Shown in pieces: positions 9,574 through 19,300 of a stretch of DNA of 64,000 nt. The translations under genes were made by a program, and so were the position numbers. The notes beneath the pieces were generated by a model. That model worked only from the letters and a program-made list of their open reading frames with translations. It did not search any database and had not been told where the DNA came from. Source of the stretch: a virus (lineage: Duplodnaviria > Caudoviricetes); IMG/VR virus record IMGVR_UViG_3300009037_000003, positions 75,975 to 139,974 of that record. One strand, written 5' to 3'. Within the stretch, counting starts at the first letter, position 1. Each line of letters starts with the position of its first letter.

Positions 9574-10189
9574 AACTCATGCCGAAACTTTTATCACCAA
9601 GTTGAGTTGGTGAACAGGTAAGGGCTACATACCAATCATGGGTCTCGCTTAATTGCTCGAATCCACCCTGTCGAACGCCATTCAGTCCTGGTGAATTCAC
9701 CAATGCTATGTAGTTCGAACCGACTTCACTAAGGTCAGACCAAACTGCATCGCTATATGTACTTGTGACGGATTGCAATCTACTTGGATGGCGGATTTCT
9801 GCAGCAAAAAACGCGATACCCGTAGCCGGTATCGTTTTGTTAGCCAAAGAGCCAGTAAATGTTCCATCGAAAATCCATAGTTTAACCTGCTGGCAATATG
9901 CTGCCGAGCCATGAGTAAATCTCAAATTTATTGTAGCTAATTCGTTCGGTAAGTTCGATAATAATATTCCACTTCCAGTTTGTCCATGAATAACTCCGGA
10001 ATCTGAAACCCATTTATTATTATTACACTCGAACCCCTGAGTTGTTCCATCGCTATTTACAACAAATGTATGGCCATTGTATTCGCCTATGGATACAGGA
10101 TCGTCGAATCCATTGTCACCGAAGAATCCGATACCGGATCCCGTGGTGACAAGAACATTTTCACCAGCATATAATTCTACTAAAGCCAT
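9554..10189 (-). CDS. Putative virion structural protein (paralog of 5509-6147)
   Basis: Shared 'SGIGFFG..F...V.IGEY', 'TINLRF', 'HDWYV..SPT..G.K.FGM..LEYL'. Confidence 0.65.
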   Translation of the reverse strand: MALVELYAGENVLVTTGSGIGFFGDNGFDDPVSIGEYNGHTFVVNSDGTTQGFECNNNKWVSDSGVIHGQTGSGILLSNLPNELATINLRFTHGSAAYCQQVKLWIFDGTFTGSLANKTIPATGIAFFAAEIRHPSRLQSVTSTYSDAVWSDLSEVGSNYIALVNSPGLNGVRQGGFEQLSETHDWYVALTCSPTQLGDKSFGMSFELEYL

Positions 10190-10203
10190 ATGTTTCTCCC
10201 ATT

Positions 10204-10212
10204 ATTATACAC
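10204..10212 (-). promoter_or_regulatory. Putative phage late promoter GTGTATAAT
   Basis: Immediately upstream of GGGAG SD and ATG 10189. Confidence 0.6.
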
Positions 10213-12230
10213 TACTCTTCAGGCGTTCCGCCATCGTCATCATCCGACGCTTCTTCGGGTCTATGGGTTTGCGGATCTGTAAATTCGAAATAATGTACTA
10301 TCTCATCAAAGATTGCTTCGTCGCCCTCGTCGGGCGACGGAGGGATGATACGTACCCAGCTATACAGATCGTCACAGAATAATGGCTGATCATCAGTTAT
10401 ATTCTCGGTTAGGACTAATGTTTTCAGCATATTTAGATTCTGGACAATAAACCTAGCTCTGACATTATTACAGCCTGGTTGTAATTCGACTGAAATTTCA
10501 TGCAACATCGTCGTCGATTCTTCCCAGTCGATAGTATCACCGAATTGTGAATCGGGCGATACGCCAGGGTATGGATCGGCGCAGATAACTTTTTCAGATA
10601 TACTAGAATAAGTATTATCATGCGATGGTAGTCCGTGCCATGCTCTATCCCACGTAAACTCATTGGTAGCAGATACAAGTAGACACGATTGACGGCCTAT
10701 AAAATCGTATGTCCATAATTGTTTCCCGTCATTTGGCTGAGGTTCCTGACCTTCTGGTAACTCCCAACCAGGTATATTGATCGGATCCAGACGATCAGCC
10801 CGGTCAAGCGTTCCAGTTGCCTGTATTCTAATAGTCGTCGCTGTGGCTACTGTGATATTGAAACACACATCGGTGATGCAGAACATAGTCGGCATGTTGT
10901 CCGAAGGATAATAAATTTGCGGGACAGTACCAGCAACTTTTGGCACCTGTCCTGTCGGCGTATCGTTGAAGCCTTCCCACGGATTATCCCATAATGAGTC
11001 GCGATGCAGACGAACCATATACCTCATACCGACAGCGCGCGCTGGCAAAATGTTGGTAATAGCATTTAACTCAGGTATTGATCTATATTCGTATACGTTC
11101 CTTGTAGAATCGAACGCGTGAAATTCCGGAGATCCAGTCAATAGTTTGAGAGCTGCTAATGGCGTCAAACGGGTAAAGTTTGTTCTTATAACACCGGGAA
11201 CATCGTAATAGACAGGTTCCTCTTCCTCGTCTTCGGACATAATAAGTCCGACACTATTGATAGACACCTTGTCTGGTATAATTGGTTGTAGATGATCCGA
11301 TTCCGGCCACGGCGTACTTATCGGATGAATAGATGCCCCCCATTCGTCGAACGGCTGCGGAGGACGCATTGGGAAAGGTGCATTTTCCGCCTGCCACGAC
11401 GACCATTCGTCCTGCGAGACAGGGAAAGATGATGCAAGTATTGATGCCGATAACAATTGATGATCATGCTGGGACACAAAACTGCCAGCATATTCATACA
11501 TCTGTGACATTAGAGACTGAATAAATTCTGGAATACCAAAATAGCTGTAAGTGTAAATCTGATCAAAAAGACCTATAAACGTGATCGGAATTATACTACC
11601 TACTTCATATGCTTGGGTGGAATCATGATAGAATGGAGAGGTTTCTAAGTCGTATACACTTTTATCCCAATGCGAAACGATATAGCCGCCATCGCCTTCT
11701 ATTGCGCACTGAATACTCCTTGGATCTTTCAATAAGTATTGATTACCTAGTGCTGTGAAGTGACTGATATATTTTGTCGGATTCTCTGTGAAAGCGATCG
11801 GATCGACATATACCGTTCCATCTTGCGATTTAAACGGTACGTCGCAGGAAATACTTCTGTCTAAAGTATTCTCTACGTTTGATCCATCATAAATGGCTTT
11901 GCATACCCTCAGACCGTAAGACATTCTATGTATGGTATCAAGTAAGCCCAATAGGTGTCCGGGATTATAATAGTTAACACCGGGGTTGCCTACGCCTAAA
12001 CCTGGATAAAGATCTCTTGTGCTTGCCGGAATATATGGCGACGGAAACGGTGAGACGTATAATCTCGGATCGATGTATGTCCCACCGCATGACGCCATAG
12101 TAGTTGGAGTCGGATACAATATTCCTTGATATCCACCACATATAGCACCTATTTCTGGTGTAAATGGATGATAGCCGTGAACGGCAAGAAGTAGCATATT
12201 TGAATCGCCGAAACCTTGTAGTATTGCCAT
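10212..12230 (-). CDS. Hypothetical tail-module protein
   Basis: 672-aa ORF, co-oriented, tightly packed. Confidence 0.65.
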   Translation of the reverse strand: MAILQGFGDSNMLLLAVHGYHPFTPEIGAICGGYQGILYPTPTTMASCGGTYIDPRLYVSPFPSPYIPASTRDLYPGLGVGNPGVNYYNPGHLLGLLDTIHRMSYGLRVCKAIYDGSNVENTLDRSISCDVPFKSQDGTVYVDPIAFTENPTKYISHFTALGNQYLLKDPRSIQCAIEGDGGYIVSHWDKSVYDLETSPFYHDSTQAYEVGSIIPITFIGLFDQIYTYSYFGIPEFIQSLMSQMYEYAGSFVSQHDHQLLSASILASSFPVSQDEWSSWQAENAPFPMRPPQPFDEWGASIHPISTPWPESDHLQPIIPDKVSINSVGLIMSEDEEEEPVYYDVPGVIRTNFTRLTPLAALKLLTGSPEFHAFDSTRNVYEYRSIPELNAITNILPARAVGMRYMVRLHRDSLWDNPWEGFNDTPTGQVPKVAGTVPQIYYPSDNMPTMFCITDVCFNITVATATTIRIQATGTLDRADRLDPINIPGWELPEGQEPQPNDGKQLWTYDFIGRQSCLLVSATNEFTWDRAWHGLPSHDNTYSSISEKVICADPYPGVSPDSQFGDTIDWEESTTMLHEISVELQPGCNNVRARFIVQNLNMLKTLVLTENITDDQPLFCDDLYSWVRIIPPSPDEGDEAIFDEIVHYFEFTDPQTHRPEEASDDDDGGTPEE

Positions 12231-12238
12231 AAACCCCT

Positions 12239-14620
12239 CTATGGTAATGGTGGAGCAAAAGTTGGAGGTGTTTGTTCGATGTATTCAACGAACGGACCCA
12301 ACGGTCCTTCCGAATAGATACTCACAGTAACCCTAGTACCAATAGGCAACCAACCTGGACTATTAAACGGTTCTGCCAGATTACGAACATGTGTCCATTC
12401 CGGAACAAACGCTCTTAAAAGCAAAGGATCTGTGACACTACCAGCGGCGTCGATGTCTCTATAGTTCAATCTTCTTACTGTATAATACGGTCCACCGCCT
12501 TCGACCGCCTGAATAACCCCCATACCCCCTTCTGGCTTATCCATGGTGACATCCCAGAGTATATCGGTGGGTCCCTGCAAATCTTCCTGCTCTGGTGCAG
12601 CTTCGGGAGACGGTGGAGCTTGCAAATCATCTTTCACTTCTGGAAATTCGTCGTCTGGTTCTTTCTCTGCCTCGGCCTGATCTGTCTCTCTTTCCTGCTG
12701 TCTTTTTCTCTTAAATTCACCTAACTCACGTGTATACAAATTCATCCCATATCGCGTAGTAACGCCATTATCGTCGAATCTCACAAAAACTTCGGTTATA
12801 CTACCGCCTAGCCCTACGGCCTGTCCGATGTTTACTTTTGGGGTACCGACGACTTCCAACTGTCCAGTATTGATAACAGGCATTGCTGGTAAGGTGTCTA
12901 TCTTTTTGCCAGCCAGATCTGTCAACATGTCCATAGCAGTACTATGAAACATATTTCTATCACCGAATATCCATGGAACCAAATCTTTGTCTACGATCAC
13001 CTCAGATCGTCCGGGAGATGGCACTCGGCTCTTGACAAGAGACGTGTTAGACCATGGTCCATAGTGAATACCTCTATCCATTAATGGTATCCACGCCATT
13101 GATAACGATTCATGTCGGACCAAAGTATCTGAGTCTATCACTCCGGTGTCGGGATCGATATAATACCTCGTCAAAGGTACTGGAAGCACAATGACGACAT
13201 ACCGGCCGTACTGTTCCAGCACGCACCTCATATATGCTTCGCCTTCTCTCCATATCGTATTTGTGGAATTGGCCGACAGTGGCGCCCATGTGATATAGTG
13301 AGGCTTAATTGGAGATTCTTCTGTCCCTGAGCCAGTAACGAAAATACTTGGCAAAGAGACGAAAGGCCCCCACCGCCCATCTTCTGTTGTCATTTTCATC
13401 AACACATCGGGGTCGAATTGCTGGGCTCCGTGCGGAGGCGTATCGCCCTCCCACCAGGCTGCTGGAATTATTTCCGGATATGTTGGCATACTGAGCGACG
13501 AATCGGACAGGGTATTCTTGTCAAGCGAAATATAAAATCTTTTTCCCCAAAAATCGTCGACGTATCTTTTTAGTGCGGCCAACTGGTCCTGATCCATATC
13601 ATCGGCAATGGCACCATTTACAACGTCGGTAAGTTGCTCAGTTGTCGTACTAACACGCCGATATTGTGGATCATTTGGCATGACGTAGGAAGGTTGAGCG
13701 AGCGGCTGTCCGTTTACATCAAGCCCCCAAAATTGATGAATTGATATGTCGGTAAAAGCACAGAGCTTTCTCTTGACGCCGCCCCATATCACCTTATGAG
13801 TAGTAATATCATTGTTTTCGAATCCGTCAACTCGTCGAATAACTTCATTGTCGTGCAATGCGGCCAAGGCATCCATATCGATCGCAATCGGGTTGCCTAT
13901 ACCGTCTAGCCTTCTGATGACTTTAATTGTAATAACAATTGTTTGGTCTGTAACACTTTTGCGATGAGCTTCTACCCACCACTCAGCACCTACAGCTCCA
14001 CAAAATTCCGTAATAATAGAGACAAGAGATCTGATTTCACCTTCTATGTAATACTGCTCGATGCCATCGCCACGCCAATTCGTTAGGTCTCTTAGCTCCG
14101 TCATATCGACTTCGAATACTTCGCTGCCATAAGTTAGCGTCGCGGCTTCGACACGATCTATCACCGTACTAAACATTACGCCACAATCTTCTTCTTTGCT
14201 GGAGCTATCTTCGTCTACTTCGTCTCCCGTTGTTGCAACGTAAACAATATTTGCATCTATCAGTGCAACTTCCGATTCCGGATCGTTAACATAAACGTTG
14301 GTTATATTTGCAGAATCTAGTACGGTACGACAGTCAGTTAGCTTAATCGTATAAATACCGGTACCATTGACGTCTACCGTTGTTCTCTCCCACGACTGAA
14401 CTATTCCAAGAAGATCAAGTTCCCCGAAGGAGATATGTTGCACAGATCGGATAGCGGTCATGTCGAGTGTAAAATCTTGGTTATTTTCTTCGACAACAGT
14501 AACGGTGAAGACGATGGGCTGACTATTAAACCCCATCTGTGCAGTGATACTCTTAAAGGAGCAACCAAAAACCTTAGTGCTCCTTGCCCCCCATTCATGA
14601 TCGTAGATTACAGTAGCCAT
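12239..14620 (-). CDS. Putative tail-tip/baseplate hub protein
   Basis: 793 aa, position downstream of the tape measure; beta-rich N-terminus typical of hub proteins. Confidence 0.5.
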   Translation of the reverse strand: MATVIYDHEWGARSTKVFGCSFKSITAQMGFNSQPIVFTVTVVEENNQDFTLDMTAIRSVQHISFGELDLLGIVQSWERTTVDVNGTGIYTIKLTDCRTVLDSANITNVYVNDPESEVALIDANIVYVATTGDEVDEDSSSKEEDCGVMFSTVIDRVEAATLTYGSEVFEVDMTELRDLTNWRGDGIEQYYIEGEIRSLVSIITEFCGAVGAEWWVEAHRKSVTDQTIVITIKVIRRLDGIGNPIAIDMDALAALHDNEVIRRVDGFENNDITTHKVIWGGVKRKLCAFTDISIHQFWGLDVNGQPLAQPSYVMPNDPQYRRVSTTTEQLTDVVNGAIADDMDQDQLAALKRYVDDFWGKRFYISLDKNTLSDSSLSMPTYPEIIPAAWWEGDTPPHGAQQFDPDVLMKMTTEDGRWGPFVSLPSIFVTGSGTEESPIKPHYITWAPLSANSTNTIWREGEAYMRCVLEQYGRYVVIVLPVPLTRYYIDPDTGVIDSDTLVRHESLSMAWIPLMDRGIHYGPWSNTSLVKSRVPSPGRSEVIVDKDLVPWIFGDRNMFHSTAMDMLTDLAGKKIDTLPAMPVINTGQLEVVGTPKVNIGQAVGLGGSITEVFVRFDDNGVTTRYGMNLYTRELGEFKRKRQQERETDQAEAEKEPDDEFPEVKDDLQAPPSPEAAPEQEDLQGPTDILWDVTMDKPEGGMGVIQAVEGGGPYYTVRRLNYRDIDAAGSVTDPLLLRAFVPEWTHVRNLAEPFNSPGWLPIGTRVTVSIYSEGPLGPFVEYIEQTPPTFAPPLP

Positions 14621-14625
14621 TCAAA

Positions 14626-16365
14626 TTAACTCTCTGTCACTGTGTGGGTTCTTGTCCTTGTGTACTTGCCAGTAGTAGGATTCCAGGTTTCTCTGTCGCT
14701 CTCAAGAATGTACGATCCAGGATACCATGGACTAATTGCCGGTCCATACGGAACACCTCCGGCTTCGTCCATAATGTCCGATATCGTATCAGCATCCGGT
14801 CTTGTGTCATGTCCATCCGAAGTATACGAGACTGTTATTTGTTTTGCCGTAGCAGTATTAATTCGCTGAATAATCGGTCCTGCTATTCTACCAGGTACAA
14901 TAATTTTAGCGGATATTATTTGAGGATAGCTGATTTCGACAGACACTTCGGCATTATTATCATCCCTATCTGTCCATGTCCAGGAGACTCGTACAGTCCC
15001 ATTCGTTTCGTTTACAGCACTAGATTTTGCAGTATATGACGATCCGAACGTGATTCCGGCAGGTTTTAATGAGCCAACCAGTGACTGCGCAAGCAATAAG
15101 GCCGCTGCATCGGATGGTATACTAGCCCTAGCGTTAGTAAGTCTTTCGTCTGAAGTAGATCCCTTACCGGTAATATCAACATTCAATACCAGGGTGTAGT
15201 TACCACTGTTATTGTCATATGAGATAGTAGCCTCATTGTTCTGAGAATATGTTTCACTATCGCCCGCATTCCAGTCGTAAGAAAATGTTACTACCCCGTC
15301 TTTTTCGTTTACGGTAATATTCTTCTGTGACGGAGATATGGGCACAGCATAGTCGCCAAGAAAAGCTCCCATCGCATCTATAACGGCTAAGCGGGCCGTA
15401 TCGTCGTCTGGGACAGCAGCTTTGGCCGTAGCGACAGCAGACGCATTACCAATATGCCTTCCATCATACAATCCGTAGATGGTACCGGCATAACTCAGAT
15501 CGATAGTATTATCCTCTACATTGTTAGTTAATGTAAACGACTGCTCGATATATGTCGCTGCCAACGCCCCAGGCCCGGCCTGTCGGATTGTCCACGTCTC
15601 GGTAATTGCATAACTGCCATCCGCTTCTGCTATCACCGTATTCTTTGTATATCCACCGTTTACCCATGCCGTAAAACCGGTAGCATATGTCACAAAATCG
15701 CTGTCTGGTCTACCAGTGATTCTAGCATCGCACCATTGTTTCGCGTGCTGATAAGCTTCAGTCGCACTACCGGTAACCTCATCAAATGTCCTGATCCCTT
15801 TTGCACTAACTAGGTGGCTTATCTCATATACTTTGGCGTCATGCCCCCGCAACTCATTAAACTGCCATTCGTCTGAAATTTCCTGTAATCCAGAAGCGGC
15901 AAAATCATCTTCATCTGATACTACGCCGGTCATAGAGTCGGCAACCAGGTCTATCCGATATTCACAACGATCGACCCATTGTCCATCTATGAAACTGATT
16001 GACACAATTCGCGGACGACATTTTGATGGCGCTAATGCGCCACCATACCATTCCAAAACTTTACCATCTGTACTAAACAGCCATCTCAGAGCTTCTTGCT
16101 TCCGTTCTATTCTCGTAAAAGCTATGTCGTTTGTTCCATACGATTCATCGGGAGGTGTTCCGCTCAACGTCCAAAACGCCGCAGACGGATTATCGGATGA
16201 GAAAACGCCACTCGGAGAACCACGAAATGGCAGTAATGTACCGGTTAACGAAATAGCATATTCGGTGCTATATTTGCTGCCACCAGCAGTAGATCGATAT
16301 ACCTTATCAACCGTTACAAGCGGTGCTGGAATTATTGCCTTACTGTCGTACAATACGTTAGCCAT
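14626..16365 (-). CDS. Putative tail/baseplate protein
   Basis: 579 aa with internal repeats ('G.Y.ITETW', 'NE..G.V.FSY.W', 'WNPTTGKY'); tail module position. Confidence 0.5.
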   Translation of the reverse strand: MANVLYDSKAIIPAPLVTVDKVYRSTAGGSKYSTEYAISLTGTLLPFRGSPSGVFSSDNPSAAFWTLSGTPPDESYGTNDIAFTRIERKQEALRWLFSTDGKVLEWYGGALAPSKCRPRIVSISFIDGQWVDRCEYRIDLVADSMTGVVSDEDDFAASGLQEISDEWQFNELRGHDAKVYEISHLVSAKGIRTFDEVTGSATEAYQHAKQWCDARITGRPDSDFVTYATGFTAWVNGGYTKNTVIAEADGSYAITETWTIRQAGPGALAATYIEQSFTLTNNVEDNTIDLSYAGTIYGLYDGRHIGNASAVATAKAAVPDDDTARLAVIDAMGAFLGDYAVPISPSQKNITVNEKDGVVTFSYDWNAGDSETYSQNNEATISYDNNSGNYTLVLNVDITGKGSTSDERLTNARASIPSDAAALLLAQSLVGSLKPAGITFGSSYTAKSSAVNETNGTVRVSWTWTDRDDNNAEVSVEISYPQIISAKIIVPGRIAGPIIQRINTATAKQITVSYTSDGHDTRPDADTISDIMDEAGGVPYGPAISPWYPGSYILESDRETWNPTTGKYTRTRTHTVTES

Positions 16366-16374
16366 AATATCCCC

Positions 16375-19300
16375 TTAGTACCCATGCACGTACAGATTAT
16401 TGTAAGTGCTGTGCGTTAATGTGCTCGCATCCATATAAAGGTTGAGTCCACTACCGTACATATCAGTTATACCGCAAACGAATAATGATGATTCACACGT
16501 TTCCTGTCCGAAAAGACCTTCGATGAAGAAACTACTGGCTCCGGAAGCTTCAATAGGCGCATAACCGCTAATAACCAGAGAAATAGTATTATCAATACCT
16601 TGATCGACACGGAGCAGGCATGGCCATGAAGTCGTATACGGCGTAAATCCTATTCTAGTTGGATCATCTGGATTGACACTGCAAACGAGATCGATATCGG
16701 AATATAACTCTCGTCCATGGGGATTCTGGCCAACGCCATGACCATAAACAAACAAGTTGCATTCCAAACCGGTAGTTGTATCAGCCTTTAAGAAAACCGG
16801 CCAGTTACCAACTAATTCCGGCGTATCATCTGATGATTTCAGAAATAGTGACCAGTTTTTGGTTCCACCGGCACTGTATGGATAATCTGCGGCAGACGCA
16901 TCAATGTATAATTCGATGCTGCTGAAATTTTGGGAAATCCCAGGATCGCCGATAAAACCGTTAATTAGTAAATCGCAACTAACATCAGCGAGATTATCTT
17001 CTGTTTTTAGATAAAGTATCCAATTGTCGTAGAAAATAGAATTGATATATAGATCAATACCACTGCTGCATGTATCCATACCAGTACAATATAACGGAGC
17101 AGAGTCGGTACATTGTTCTGGACCATGAGTATACAAATCAGCAGCATCGGTTGCTAGATCTTTGCCGAGTATCGTCAAATCAAGAGGTGGCTCAAATACG
17201 CCAGCCATAGTATATAGCGCTATCGAGTCTTCTGCAAGTCCATGTGCTCCGACATACAGCGGAAATCCCGAAGAACTGATGTCGTGTCCGGCTACGAACA
17301 AAATTGAGTACGCAGCGATAGGACCACAAGTAACAAACGGACAAGAACCTTCTATAGGTAACGGTCCCATTGTATACAAGGCAGGACCATATTCTATTCC
17401 CGCAAATGTATCGAGTCCAGCAAGACCATCAGCTTTGTAAATAAAATCTACGATATTAGGTGTTCTGGATGAGCGTCCTATATATGAAGTAGTAATTATT
17501 TCAGAAGTTCTGATATATAAGTCGGCGTGATTATTCGACGACGTTGGTCCGCTAATAAACAGCGATACTTCATCGCAGCTGGTTCCACCATCAATACCAG
17601 CCGTGGTGCCAGATTCGTCGCCAGTAGTAGTTATGCTGAAAATTCCACTACCAGTAGAACCCCCAAAAAACAGGCCGCTACCACTAAAAACGAAATCGTC
17701 AGTATAATCGATATTGGGGTATCTTATGGGGAATAGCTTATATGTATACGTCTTGGTCGGCGATGCCGATCTGCGTTGGTCTTTCTCCGGATGATTGTCG
17801 TGACTAATCCATCTGATTGTTGAATTATATGTGTTAGCCCATCCGTACGGCTCGATGACCCCACTTTGGGGATCGTGGAAAATTTGTTGCGCAGCCGGTG
17901 GCCTGTCTGCCTGATCTGGATAAGTTATTTGAGCCGGACTAATATCACATATATAAAATCCAGAAGGTGGAACTTCTTCAAGCAAATACGCCGACGCATC
18001 TTCGCCGTAGCCGCCAATCCCAACTTCGAGCGTTACCAGCAATCCAGACGTAATATTGCAGGGTGTAGCATCAGAATCGAATTGTACCGGAGGGTAAACG
18101 AATGGACTAATTGTCCGATTAACGTATGTCGGAAGTGGCGTTACAGTTGGACCATACTCTTCAAGTGGACGGTTATATACTGCGACTATGTCATATAAGA
18201 GTTGTAATTCGTCGTTAGTAAATTTTGATGTATCAGTCCATAGAGCAGCTTCTGAGAAGCCGACACTAACGGCATTTACTCCGGAATCGGCATTATTGGC
18301 CGTTAAACGGACACCAACACCTCTTTCCGAATAGAGGTTGTACGGATTAGAAGTGCTATAGACAGAACTGGCAGGTGGTCCAGTAATACCTGATCCTACG
18401 AACGTCCACGGTTGTCCGTTGACGCTTAAATACACATCCATGTGATCAGGAATATTGTTGCCGCTCGGTACGAATTCTGAACGAATTACGAAAAATGCTA
18501 CGTCATCGCGATTCACACTGAGTGTCGGCCACTTTTGAATCCACGTATGATATTCCGCGTCGACGTCCGGATTCCAGGTCCACGAACTACTTGTTGGAGT
18601 TCCATAGTGTGTCGTACCACCCCACCATAGACCAGTAGAGTCAATTTTATCGTAAGGGATATCTCTGACCGAAGTTATGACAGATAGGTCGTCTCCGTCT
18701 CCTATCTCAATACCGACAGTATGTATCGGACTACTGTAGCCATTGACTCCGACTCCACTGGCAAATCTCTGCGAACGATAGAACCATCCAAATTCCGCTT
18801 TAACGCCCGTACCGTCCTGAACCGGAGTATTACATCCGGACATCCAGAATGCTGCTGTTATACTGCCAGAACCAGCGAACGAGTAATCCTTCAGTTCGGA
18901 ATACGGGTATTCGTCGTCTACGACTAACCCAAGAATATTTTGTTGGTAAACTTGAGTCCCTGTGAGCGATGAGCCGTATTTATTCGAAGCATATCCTTTG
19001 CCAAGACTGTTGTATGCGGGTAGCGTACCGTCACCGACAGTGCCGGTAGCGGAACAGTCTCCTATAAGTGGCGTATTGGTGAAATATGACGATACATACC
19101 ATCCGATACCCCTGACCCATTCTGCCGTGGCATCGCTACCATCATAATCCTGTAGGTAGAACACGGCGTCGGATTCTCTTATGAGGTTCGGACCTGTGTC
19201 CAACGCGCTCCATAAAACAAGAGACAGTGTATTCGAAAAGACACCACCGGCGTTCAGAAACAGATCGCCCGACCCGACTACGTTTTGGTGTCCTACCGTG

